In this document: in pieces, positions 47,971 to 57,479 of the stretch
Position numbering within the stretch: position 1 is the first letter of the stretch
Layout: the number at the start of each line of letters is the position of its first letter
NCBI GenBank assembly: GCA_041736175.1
Contig: JBGSUI010000188.1
Coordinates: 25,829-89,828, forward strand
From: Oligoflexales bacterium
Lineage (GTDB): Bacteria > Bdellovibrionota_B > Oligoflexia > Oligoflexales > CAIYRB01
Direction of reading: 5' to 3'
DNA: 64,000 nt
Notes under the pieces: model-generated
The model's database searches: none
Told to the model about the DNA's origin: nothing
The model's input: only the letters and a program-made list of their open reading frames with translations
Position numbers and translations under genes: made by a program

Positions 47971-48486
47971 TTAACTGTCGGCTGGTCGGTCGCTAACTCC
48001 CAAATCTTGTATCAACTGTTGAATGCGCTCTTCCGGGCGCCAATAACCTGGACCCTTCATAACTTTTCCCCTATGGTCATAGATTGGCTGACCATTATCA
48101 TCGAGCTTAGAAAAATTAGACTCCATGATGACCTCGAGAATTTTTTCGAGTGGCAAGCCCCACCGCCTTGCTTCACTTGCACAGTACACTATGATATCCC
48201 CTAACCAGTCGGCCATCTCTGTTAAGATTTCAGTTGACACATGGGAATCTTGGAGCATTTGACCCTGTGAAAGGGCCTTCCCTGAATCCTGAAGAGCTTG
48301 GTATTTTTCTGCAAGCTCCAAACCTTCCTCAACTTCTTCTTTTAAAATCTCGTAAAACTGATTAAGCCTTGTGAGCGGCAAAAGCGTCGGCTTAGAATGA
48401 CTTTCTAGACGGTACATGGCGTTAAAGTTTTCTATTTGTTCAAAAAAAGCCTTTTTCACAGATACTCCACCAAGATATGCGGTCAT
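47971..48486 (-). CDS. MazG-like all-alpha NTP pyrophosphohydrolase (DR2231-like)
   Basis: EEVEE, ADWLGDIIVY, V..SNFSKL, GKVMKGP.YW.P. Confidence 0.85.
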   Translation of the reverse strand: MTAYLGGVSVKKAFFEQIENFNAMYRLESHSKPTLLPLTRLNQFYEILKEEVEEGLELAEKYQALQDSGKALSQGQMLQDSHVSTEILTEMADWLGDIIVYCASEARRWGLPLEKILEVIMESNFSKLDDNGQPIYDHRGKVMKGPGYWRPEERIQQLIQDLGVSDRPADS

Positions 48487-48598
48487 CTAAAAGATGTTAA
48501 CTTATCCTTGAGTCCTCAGCGAATCCAAGGCTTTTCACTTAACTTTTTTTGATAACGAATATTACAAGATCATTTCAGTGACTTGTCCTGGTTCCCAA

Positions 48599-51500
48599 CT
48601 ATGGTGGAACCGTATAAAGTCCACCACCAGCGACTGCCGCACCATCAGTGCCGCCATAGACAAAGAATTTTGACCCAGTCCACACTGAAGCGGACTTTGA
48701 TCTTAACGTGGGGGCCCCGGTGGTCCGCATGGAGGGGACGATCCAGGTACCACCAACACCCGTGGCAAGATCTAAAATGGCTCCTGTCCCCAAGTAGTTT
48801 GTGCCGTCAAAACCGCCCCAAAGCACCATGACCTCATCATCGGGATTCCAGACCGCCACATGGTTGCGGCGAGCTGCTGGGCTCTGGGTCTGAGAGACCT
48901 GTGTCCAAGAATCCAACGATGGATCGTAAATCCCGCCATCAGCAAGATCCCCTAACACAGTGCACGTCGGGGGGTTGGTACATCCATACCCTCCCCAAAT
49001 AATCATTTTGTTGGATGTGGAGTCCCAGACTGCCGTATGAAATTTCCGGGGAGAGGGGGCTCCCACTGTGGTCATAGAAAGCCAGTTAAACCCTCCGCCA
49101 CCACCACTGGGATTAAAGATCCCTCCCGATTGCAAGAGGCCGCTTGCAGATTCTCCACCCCAAACGATCATGCGTGTTCCTGTCCAAACGGCCGTGTGAT
49201 CTGATCGAGCAGCTGGGAGATCGCCATCAGCCGTATCGGTACCACCCATGGTCCAGGTGTTGGTCCCGTTGTCGAGAAGACCACCCGATTGTAAGTAGTC
49301 CAGGGTTCCACAAACGGGTGGATCAGTACAGCCATATCCGCCCCAAATGATCGTCTGACTGCCGGTCCAAACAGCTGTGTGTTTTGTGCGGGGAACGGGT
49401 TGATCGACCAAACTGATGGGAGTCCAAGCACCTCCCGACTGATAAATACCACCTGAATCAAGATAACTCCCGACACCATCGCTTCCACCCCATACTATCA
49501 TCCGCTCGATATTTGAATCCCATAGGGCGATATGTCCCTGCCTCACCGAGGGTGCGTCAACTGCTGTGATCGTCTGCCATGAATCAGTGGCTGGATTATA
49601 TCGCCCTCCGTCATTGAGATACGAACCACCGGTGGTGCCTCCCCAGACAATGACTTCTGATTGGTTGCTATTCCACACAGCGGTATGTTCATACCGAGCA
49701 GAAGGAGCCACTCCCCCGGTTGTGACAGCACTCCAGCTCCCTGAATTGAGTACAAAACTGGATCCGTTATTAGTGGCGTTTGTCTCGTGCCCTGAAGCAT
49801 CAAAAGCCGTAACACAAATATACCATGTACCATCTTCGATCGCTGCTAGTTCCGAAACTTCGGTCGTGATTCCTGTGACGGTTTGGGTGGGTGTCAAGCA
49901 ATCGTTTTGATCATCGATCTTAAGGGTATAATTCAGTGCACCATCGGAAACTCCCCAGGAGATCTCAGGTGTCCGGTCTTTTGTCGTAGGAGCGGTGGTT
50001 AAGTTAAATGCATCGGGTGGTTCCAAATCCACATAAACACTATTAGAACAGGCTGAGAGCGTACTGTTACCTGCAAAGTCATAGGCTCTCACCTGAAAAC
50101 TATAGGTGGTATTATGACTCCCTGTAAAGACTTGCGAGAGCGTCGCAGGGCTTAAACCACTTGTTTTGGTCCCCGTGCCTAAACAAGATCCTTGGGTAAA
50201 AACCTCCATCTCATAGGACTCGACTCCAGATCCTGCTCCATCAGAACCCGCGTCCCAGGAGAGATAAATTGTTCCATCAAGGTCATAGGCGACATCAGCA
50301 CCCCCTCCGACCGAGGCGGCTTCTCTTAGGTTTGTAGCTGAGGAGGGCGCAGTGGTATCAATCATGATGTTTCCTGAACAGGACGAAAACTGCCCTATAT
50401 TTCCCGCAAAATCGATAGCCCTGACTTTAAATGAATAGGTGGACCCATTAAGTAAGCCAGCATATTCATATGACCTCGATGTTCCGGTGTTGATCGTTAT
50501 GGCTGATCCTGCACAGGCGGCCTGAGAATAGGCAAAGATTTGGTAGAGGTAAATTCCGGTTCCTCCTGGATTGTCCTCTGCTGCATTCCAGGCCATAAAG
50601 ATCGTGGTATCGTCATCATATCGAGCATCAATCCCGGCCGCACTGTCCTGGGTTGTTTTTAACTGGGTGGCGACAACCGTCGGTGCCGTGGTATCGATCG
50701 TTATGGAGCTGGTACAGCTAGATAAGGTTTGATTTCCAGCCCGATCTTTAACTCTCAATTTAAAAGTATAAACGCCTTCTGCTGGAAGGACCACAAGGCT
50801 ATAGGTCGCGGTCGAACTGATTCCCTCCGTCAAAGTCATAATGCCGCTGCAATCCGCTGATGAATACCTTTCTAGAGAGAAAGACTCCAGACCAGCATCG
50901 CCTATATCTTGAGCTGCAGCCCAGTTTAGATAGACTGATAAATCATCATCATAAGATGCGGGAGATCCCGCAGGAGAATCAGTGCTTACAAACGGCGTTC
51001 CATCCAAAAGGGGGACTTGGGTATCGACGACGAGTTGCAGGCCATTATTCGCCGCTTTTTGTTCGTTAGCAGCCTGATCGATAGCTGTGACACAAAGGTA
51101 GTAAGTACCAGGAATTAACGTCGGTAGTTGCAAGGTAGGAGTTGGGACTTGGGACGCAAAATAGACCTGAGCACAGGATGCGTCAGTGGCCACCACATAT
51201 TTAGCATGGGTACTACCTGAGACATTTTCTCCGCCATTGATCGTCACTGTAGGAGCAACCTGATTGGTAGGCGTGATCACAGAGTCGATCGTAAAGGGGT
51301 AAGGTTGGGTCAAGTCGGTGATAAATCCATACATAACAGGAATTTTTTGCTGGTTTTTATCTCCTGATTTGCCGAGCACGCACAGGAGATAGGGGCTTTC
51401 ATCTATATCTTTCCTAATTTTTTCGCTAATTGAAATCCACTCAGAATAATCTTTTCCACATTCTTGGGCGTTCTTTTGCAAAACAAATTTATAATGGGTG

Positions 51501-52573
51501 ACATCCTTGCCACCCACTGCAACGTCAAGAGTTTTGCTATTGGATACTAGGGCTGGAAGTCCCTTAAGCTCTGCTTTGACCCGTTTTGGAACATCGTAGA
51601 CAAAATCCAATCCTGGAGAAACATCGGGAGGTTCGCGGCTATTGGTAGAACAAAGCTGTAGATAGAGGGTTGATCCACTGTTTAGATCCGTAAGCACAAA
51701 CGAGTCCTCGGATTTAGCGGGAAAATTCTGCCTTATTTTGGTTATTTTTGTGGGATCGATGGGTTTGCCTTTAACACATGCCGAAGTCGCAATCGGTTCA
51801 TAGCCATATTCGATCTTATACCCAGTCCGCGAGCCGTCGACGGCTGTCCAGGTGAGTTTTACCTGGGAAGCCTCGTCGCTGACTAAGGTGGAAGTTGCAT
51901 CGGCGACCATATTACGACTTTCCCTGGGAGCTGACTTAAAGGCCGCATATCCGTTAGAAGGTTTTCCCGTCCTTGAGGCGGCTACTGAATAAGCAAAATC
52001 GGTGTCCCTCATATAAAATGTCACCATTTTAGAACCATCTTCTAAATCGCGGACAGACAGCTCCTCCGGTATGATCAACCAACGACTCTCACGGCTACTC
52101 CCATAGGCAAGGGTCACCAATGCCACGGTCGATTTGGCCTCTATAAACCTATCGACAATAGTCTCGATCTTGATATATTTTTCTAAGAGAGTTCGCTCAA
52201 ATATTTTACCCTCAAGGTCGTTTATTTTAAGCTCCACCATAGGCGAAACCACCTGCAAATCGGGAGTCTGGGTGGTTGTGCCGCCCGAAATCATCGAAAA
52301 GGTTACTTGTAACGATTTGGAATAACTTCCCTTAGGCAAGGTCATCCGACTTTTCCACACCGAAAGAACCAAATCCTGTTCAGGCACGAATATTTTAGAG
52401 TCAACCACCTGGTCTTTGGATGCGAATGGACTGATCGCTCCTGTCGAACGCTGGGAAACAACCGGCTTGGTCGCCGAGTTTTCCGTGCTTTCTGAATCCG
52501 AATCCTTTTTGCCTTCCAGACAGCCTTGGAAGAGCAGTATACAGAGGATTAAGATGTTAGGATTTAGGAACAT
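48599..52573 (-). CDS. Large lipoprotein with FN3/Ig-like repeats and C-terminal Kelch beta-propeller
   Basis: Lipobox FQGC; repeated YD.D..I...W....D...G and RA.D.AGN modules; about 6 Kelch repeats R..H.AVW....IWGG. Confidence 0.85.
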   Translation of the reverse strand: MFLNPNILILCILLFQGCLEGKKDSDSESTENSATKPVVSQRSTGAISPFASKDQVVDSKIFVPEQDLVLSVWKSRMTLPKGSYSKSLQVTFSMISGGTTTQTPDLQVVSPMVELKINDLEGKIFERTLLEKYIKIETIVDRFIEAKSTVALVTLAYGSSRESRWLIIPEELSVRDLEDGSKMVTFYMRDTDFAYSVAASRTGKPSNGYAAFKSAPRESRNMVADATSTLVSDEASQVKLTWTAVDGSRTGYKIEYGYEPIATSACVKGKPIDPTKITKIRQNFPAKSEDSFVLTDLNSGSTLYLQLCSTNSREPPDVSPGLDFVYDVPKRVKAELKGLPALVSNSKTLDVAVGGKDVTHYKFVLQKNAQECGKDYSEWISISEKIRKDIDESPYLLCVLGKSGDKNQQKIPVMYGFITDLTQPYPFTIDSVITPTNQVAPTVTINGGENVSGSTHAKYVVATDASCAQVYFASQVPTPTLQLPTLIPGTYYLCVTAIDQAANEQKAANNGLQLVVDTQVPLLDGTPFVSTDSPAGSPASYDDDLSVYLNWAAAQDIGDAGLESFSLERYSSADCSGIMTLTEGISSTATYSLVVLPAEGVYTFKLRVKDRAGNQTLSSCTSSITIDTTAPTVVATQLKTTQDSAAGIDARYDDDTTIFMAWNAAEDNPGGTGIYLYQIFAYSQAACAGSAITINTGTSRSYEYAGLLNGSTYSFKVRAIDFAGNIGQFSSCSGNIMIDTTAPSSATNLREAASVGGGADVAYDLDGTIYLSWDAGSDGAGSGVESYEMEVFTQGSCLGTGTKTSGLSPATLSQVFTGSHNTTYSFQVRAYDFAGNSTLSACSNSVYVDLEPPDAFNLTTAPTTKDRTPEISWGVSDGALNYTLKIDDQNDCLTPTQTVTGITTEVSELAAIEDGTWYICVTAFDASGHETNATNNGSSFVLNSGSWSAVTTGGVAPSARYEHTAVWNSNQSEVIVWGGTTGGSYLNDGGRYNPATDSWQTITAVDAPSVRQGHIALWDSNIERMIVWGGSDGVGSYLDSGGIYQSGGAWTPISLVDQPVPRTKHTAVWTGSQTIIWGGYGCTDPPVCGTLDYLQSGGLLDNGTNTWTMGGTDTADGDLPAARSDHTAVWTGTRMIVWGGESASGLLQSGGIFNPSGGGGGFNWLSMTTVGAPSPRKFHTAVWDSTSNKMIIWGGYGCTNPPTCTVLGDLADGGIYDPSLDSWTQVSQTQSPAARRNHVAVWNPDDEVMVLWGGFDGTNYLGTGAILDLATGVGGTWIVPSMRTTGAPTLRSKSASVWTGSKFFVYGGTDGAAVAGGGLYTVPP

Positions 52574-52853
52574 TCGTATGACCTATCGACTTTAAAACTT
52601 ACTGTGGTTAGGATGCTAAACATGCCGACAATCTTTCTTTTTGAAAACCTCAAGCCTTGCTTTCATCCTTAAACACTCGGCAAACGCGCCTTAAAATTAA
52701 GTTCGAATTATATTACGATGATTACTTCTAAGATTACGAGTAGATAGATGTCTAACTGGGGTTTTATTATTCGTGATATGCAGTGGGCAAATGGTGAGTC
52801 AGATAGCTCGACAGAGTTTCAGGTAGGATATATACAACCTCAGTCGAGCTACG

Positions 52854-54017
52854 TTGCTTTACCTACAATGGTCGGGCGAAGACCAGAGGACCTTTCTTGT
52901 GACCTTCAAAACCAGATTTTCCTTTAAATTTTCACAGATTTTTTTGGCCGTGGCTGGCAGCATTGGCCTTGCGGGATTTATTTTCTATTTATATCTTGAG
53001 TCCACAAGCACGTCACTCCGAGAAAGCCTGGTAAATGATGCAGAACTCATTTCAGCTGCTCCGTCCATCCGTAAAGATCTTGATGCTCTGGTAGCGATAA
53101 AACCCCTTACAGATGCTCTGGACCGACAGGCCATCATTGACCCTATTCTCAATGCCAATGGTTATATCACTAGAAACTTTTCTGGCCATGCAAGCCTGGG
53201 AAATGGAAAGCCTCTGATTACGCAACAAACCTACGATTTGTTGATTCAAAATCAGGATTGGCTGGTGGCACCTATGGTCGGTTTCATTCTCGACACGCCT
53301 TTTTTGCAGCTCCAAAATCTTGAGCTTTTTGGCTACTGGTCACCACCTTCGATTCATGACGAACAAAAAGACTCCGACCAAGAGTCGATACAGCCAAACC
53401 TAAGGGCTATGGATACTTGGGTTAAAATACGCTTGAGGTCAATAGACTATTTTCCCTATTTAGAACTCCGAAATACACAAGATGTCTACCAGTTTGCTGT
53501 CCTAGCCATCACCAGCGAGCAACTCCCCCTGGTCCTATCGGGGCTTAAGTGGCTAGAGCTGCTAGAGCACCATCGGGAAAAGATGGCTAGTCCTCCCATG
53601 AGCCCTCTTCTTGCTGAGAAAGCTCAAAAAGACCAAATAACCAGGTTTACCAAAACAGTGTGGGCCACGGTCGGCTTCATCGATTGGGCCGTTAAGGACG
53701 ACATCTTTTCAAAAGTCTTTCCATCCTTTACGACCCATTCGGCTGATTCGCTCATCCTATGCACGGCTCTGACCGAACGTCTTCCCAGCTTAGCCTTTGA
53801 GCATCAATTTCTCAATGCGGCCTACCCGGATGCCTTTGCAACTTTTAGTGCTCGTATTCAGGCGTCGCTCTCCCAATGCCGTCCGTCACCCTCCTTTCAA
53901 AAGTGGATTCAGATTGTGAACCAAAAGCATTCAACTGATCGATCCCTCCTCACCCGTTTGTCCAGCCTTGTCCTACTCGGTCGAGGCAGACCGAACTATC
54001 TGGGAGCATATCAGTAA
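52854..54017 (+). CDS. Hypothetical membrane-anchored protein
   Basis: 387-aa ORF with one N-terminal TM; start uncertain; no family recognised. Confidence 0.65.
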   Translation: MLYLQWSGEDQRTFLVTFKTRFSFKFSQIFLAVAGSIGLAGFIFYLYLESTSTSLRESLVNDAELISAAPSIRKDLDALVAIKPLTDALDRQAIIDPILNANGYITRNFSGHASLGNGKPLITQQTYDLLIQNQDWLVAPMVGFILDTPFLQLQNLELFGYWSPPSIHDEQKDSDQESIQPNLRAMDTWVKIRLRSIDYFPYLELRNTQDVYQFAVLAITSEQLPLVLSGLKWLELLEHHREKMASPPMSPLLAEKAQKDQITRFTKTVWATVGFIDWAVKDDIFSKVFPSFTTHSADSLILCTALTERLPSLAFEHQFLNAAYPDAFATFSARIQASLSQCRPSPSFQKWIQIVNQKHSTDRSLLTRLSSLVLLGRGRPNYLGAYQ

Positions 54018-54034
54018 GCACTCGGGCTCCAGGC

Positions 54035-55048
54035 CTATTCCCACTTAGCCTCTCGTTCGGTAAGTGACCGAACGGCATCGTGAACGAGCTTTTTTTCATA
54101 GAGTACCTGGTAGACTTCGTCAATAATCGGTGTCTCGACCCCAGCTTTACGAGCTAATTGGTAAGCAGCCTGGCTGGTGTACACCCCCTCAGCAACTCCA
54201 ACCTCTTGCAACACATCTTGGAGCTGCTCTCCGCGACCGAGTCGAAGCCCGACCGTATAGTTGCGACTTTTTTCGCTGGTGCAGGTCATAAATAGATCCC
54301 CCACACCTCCCAAACCCTTAAAGGTCATCGGGTTTGCTCCCATGGCGACACCGAGCCGCGTCATCTCCGCAAGCCCTCTCGTGATCAAAGCCGCCCGAGC
54401 GTTGTCCATAAAGCCTAGTCCCCGGCATGCTCCCGTCGCAATGGCGATCACGTTTTTTATAGCTCCTGCCACCTCGAGACCAATAGGATCACGGCTCGTA
54501 TAGACTCGAAAGTAGGGAGTGTGAAAGTTCCTCTGGACAAGACTGGATGCTGCATCGGTATAGCTTGCCGCTGTCACTGCTGTGGGTTGGTGCATAATGA
54601 TCTCACTGGCAAAACTAGGGCCGGACAAAATAACGGCTTTCTCGGCGGCCAGGACTCCCAAGGTTTCCTCAACAATCCCACTGGCAAGATTCAGAGAGCC
54701 AATTTCTATGCCCTTTGCAGCGCATACCAGTATGTGATCCTGATTCCAAAAAGGCTTTAGCTTTTGCAGTACCTCCCGCATAGTCTGAAGGGGGGTGACA
54801 TGGACCACAAGGTTACATGAATCAAAAAGTTCTTTGCTAAGGATCGTAGTTGCGGTGATCCTATCTGATAATGTAATGGTACTGAGGTATCTTGGGTTTG
54901 TCCTCCTGGTGTTGATCCCCAATGTTATCTCTGGCAAGTGAGACCAAATTGTGACTTTTCGACCCAACTCTGCAAGGTGCTGCGCCAAACAAGTTCCAAA
55001 ATTTCCCGCACCTAAAACAAGGACGTGGTTGGACTCGGTCTGTGGCAT
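54035..55048 (-). CDS. gpsA: NAD(P)H-dependent glycerol-3-phosphate dehydrogenase
   Basis: GAGNFGT, KGIE, LSGPSFA.E, AIKNVIAIA, GLGGVGDL..TC.S..SRN. Confidence 0.97.
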   Translation of the reverse strand: MPQTESNHVLVLGAGNFGTCLAQHLAELGRKVTIWSHLPEITLGINTRRTNPRYLSTITLSDRITATTILSKELFDSCNLVVHVTPLQTMREVLQKLKPFWNQDHILVCAAKGIEIGSLNLASGIVEETLGVLAAEKAVILSGPSFASEIIMHQPTAVTAASYTDAASSLVQRNFHTPYFRVYTSRDPIGLEVAGAIKNVIAIATGACRGLGFMDNARAALITRGLAEMTRLGVAMGANPMTFKGLGGVGDLFMTCTSEKSRNYTVGLRLGRGEQLQDVLQEVGVAEGVYTSQAAYQLARKAGVETPIIDEVYQVLYEKKLVHDAVRSLTEREAKWE

Positions 55049-55129
55049 AATATCGATCTCCGTTGAACAGTTTCTATTGGATTTGCAGGTACCATGCAGA
55101 CCTTTATCATAAGATAGGGCAGGAGACGA

Positions 55130-55480
55130 ATGAACCCTTATATTCCCGTACTCATTGTTATGATTTTTGGCATCACTATCGGCGGTGCCTTAAGTGGCCT
55201 GGCGTACCTGCTAGGGCCCAAAAAATATGACAAGGTCAAATTTGAGCCCTATGAATGTGGGGTCCCGATTGTAAGCCAACGGGATAAAATGTCCGTAAAA
55301 TTCTATCTGACAGCGATTTTATTTATCCTATTTGATATCGAGACTATTTTCCTCTACCTTTGGGCAACGAGTTTTAGGGATTTAGGGTGGTTTGGGCTTG
55401 TTGAAATAGTGATTTTCCTTGTGATTCTGCTTGCCGGATATATTTATATTATCAAGAGGAGAGCCCTGGAATGGGATTGA
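55130..55480 (+). CDS. nuoA: NADH-quinone oxidoreductase subunit A
   Basis: PYECG, FYLTAILFILFDIE, ALEWD. Confidence 0.97.
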   Translation: MNPYIPVLIVMIFGITIGGALSGLAYLLGPKKYDKVKFEPYECGVPIVSQRDKMSVKFYLTAILFILFDIETIFLYLWATSFRDLGWFGLVEIVIFLVILLAGYIYIIKRRALEWD

Positions 55481-56574
55481 ACACCCCCGCACTCGCCTAC
55501 GATGCTTTTTTGGTCCAACTGTTAAGCTCCCTGGCGCTCTTTGCAATCATTGCTGTCCTATGCTTGCAAATTCCACCAATCATGGTGTGGGTGGAGCGGC
55601 GTGGCCCCGCCATGATGCAGCGACGGAAGGGCCCTAATCGAGTCGGTCTCTTTCAGTGGCGCTTTTATGGCCTCCTCCAGTCCTTAGCAGATGCCATCAA
55701 GCTGATTTGGAAGGAAGAGGTCGTCCCCACGGGAGCTAACAAACCTTTTTATCATATCGCACCTATATTCGCTGTTTTTCCTGCTTTTATGATTGCCTGT
55801 GCGATTCCTTGGGGGGCCGACATCACGGTCTTTGGGCATCAAATCCCCCTGTCCGTCATTCATTTAGATGTAGGATTTCTTTTTATTTTTGCAATTTCAA
55901 GTCTGGCGGTCTATGCCGTCACTCTTGCTGGTTGGGCTAGCAACAACAAGTATGCTCTATTGGGTTCTCTGCGTGCATCTGCACAGATGATCAGTTACGA
56001 AATCCCCCTCGGCCTATCGCTGATTCCTATCGTCCTGATCTTTGGGACCCTCGATTTAAACCAAATCGTCCTGGCACAAGGTGCTTTTCCATGGCAGTGG
56101 GGAATTATTAAAGCACCCGTATCCTTTATTATTTTTCTTGTCTGTATGTTTGCGGAAACCAATCGAGCGCCCTTCGATTTGGCCGAAGGGGAGAGCGAAA
56201 TCATTGCGGGTTTCCATACGGAATTCACCTCCACTAAATTTGCTGCTTTTTTTCTGGCTGAATATGTTTCTATGTTTGTGCTCTCATGCCTGGCGGCGAC
56301 GGTGTTTTTTGGCGGTTGGCAAGCACCCTTCGTACCCCACGACTTTCTCGTTAAGACCTTTGCGGGCTTTGAGTGGGTGGCATCCCTGATTGGAGCTGGC
56401 GTTCTATTTCTCAAGGCTGCCTTTTTTATGTGGCTCTATGTTTGGGTTCGCTGGACTCTGCCTCGTTTTCGCTATGACCAATTGATGGGACTCGGCTGGA
56501 AATTTATGATCCCCTTAGGGCTAGCCAATATTTTCGTGACGACGTTAGTTTGTGCTTTCATATATTTCAAATAG
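55471..56574 (+). CDS. nuoH: NADH-quinone oxidoreductase subunit H
   Basis: ERR...MQRRKGPN, ADAIKL..KE, AQMISYE, ETNRAPFDLAEGESE, PRFRYDQLM. Confidence 0.97.
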   Translation: MGLNTPALAYDAFLVQLLSSLALFAIIAVLCLQIPPIMVWVERRGPAMMQRRKGPNRVGLFQWRFYGLLQSLADAIKLIWKEEVVPTGANKPFYHIAPIFAVFPAFMIACAIPWGADITVFGHQIPLSVIHLDVGFLFIFAISSLAVYAVTLAGWASNNKYALLGSLRASAQMISYEIPLGLSLIPIVLIFGTLDLNQIVLAQGAFPWQWGIIKAPVSFIIFLVCMFAETNRAPFDLAEGESEIIAGFHTEFTSTKFAAFFLAEYVSMFVLSCLAATVFFGGWQAPFVPHDFLVKTFAGFEWVASLIGAGVLFLKAAFFMWLYVWVRWTLPRFRYDQLMGLGWKFMIPLGLANIFVTTLVCAFIYFK

Positions 56575-56584
56575 GTATGTCTCC

Positions 56585-57172
56585 ATGGGCCAAATCACCA
56601 TTTTCTACATCTTAGCTTTTCTTGCGACGGCCTGTTCCCTGCTGGTGATCTCCAGTAAAAACCCCGTAACAAGTGCTATCTATCTAGTATGTGATCTCTT
56701 TATTCTAGCTGGTATCTACGCTTCCCTTCAGGCCGAATTTGTGGCAGCGATTCAGATTATTGTCTATACAGGAGCGGTGGTTGTCCTATTTGTGTTTGTT
56801 ATTATGTTGCTTAACCTGGCACCTAACGAACAAAGCTCACTAGGTCTCAAGCTACCTGATATCGGCTTTACGCTACTGACGGTCCTCAGCTTTTTGATTG
56901 TCACGGTTTTGCTAGTGAATGAGCAGTCCAGTGTCAGTGGCGGCGCCCTTGGGCCCCCAGAGGCCATAGCCCAACTGGGGGGCAACACCCGTGCTGTGGG
57001 AATGACCTTATTTACCAAGTTTGTTTGGCCCTTTGAGCTGGCATCCTTTTTGATTTTGGCAGCTATTATCGGAGCAGTGCATATCGCCAAAAAAGACCCA
57101 AAACCCGCAGATAAAGCCTACGGCAATCTAAAAGCCTCAAATAGGGAGAAGGCGATTTATGGTTCCCCTTGA
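56585..57172 (+). CDS. nuoJ: NADH-quinone oxidoreductase subunit J
   Basis: NPV.SA..L, QIIVYTGAVVVLFVFVIMLL, PFELAS. ATG at 56585 preferred. Confidence 0.95.
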   Translation: MGQITIFYILAFLATACSLLVISSKNPVTSAIYLVCDLFILAGIYASLQAEFVAAIQIIVYTGAVVVLFVFVIMLLNLAPNEQSSLGLKLPDIGFTLLTVLSFLIVTVLLVNEQSSVSGGALGPPEAIAQLGGNTRAVGMTLFTKFVWPFELASFLILAAIIGAVHIAKKDPKPADKAYGNLKASNREKAIYGSP

Positions 57173-57461
57173 TCACTACCTGGTTCTGGCAATGATTCTT
57201 TTTTGTATCGGAACCCTTGGAATCGTCCTCCGGAGAAATATTATCATGGTGATGATGTCCATTGAGCTCCTGCTTAATGCCATCAATCTAGTATTTGTTT
57301 CTGCCTCGACTTACAACCAAAACTTAGATGGCCAGGTCATGGTCTTTTTTGTCATCACCGTGGCAGCATGCGAGGCGGCCATAGGACTGGCTATGGTGAT
57401 TGCGCTGTTTCGCAAGTATGGAACCATTGATACCCAATTTCTTCGAACACTGCGTGGATAA
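57159..57461 (+). CDS. nuoK: NADH-quinone oxidoreductase subunit K
   Basis: RRN....MSIELLLNA, VAACEAAIGLA. Confidence 0.97.
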   Translation: MVPLDHYLVLAMILFCIGTLGIVLRRNIIMVMMSIELLLNAINLVFVSASTYNQNLDGQVMVFFVITVAACEAAIGLAMVIALFRKYGTIDTQFLRTLRG

Positions 57462-57479
57462 TCCCCTGGGAGGGTGTGT

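Noticed and set aside
44798..48486. Topo VI-like genes as part of a Wadjet (JetD) or other defence island
   Set aside because: A full Top6B partner is present, there are no SMC/JetABC genes, and the context is housekeeping.
52700..52745. Repeated ATTAC motifs in the divergent intergenic region
   Set aside because: Short and irregularly spaced; cannot be distinguished from chance in AT-rich DNA.
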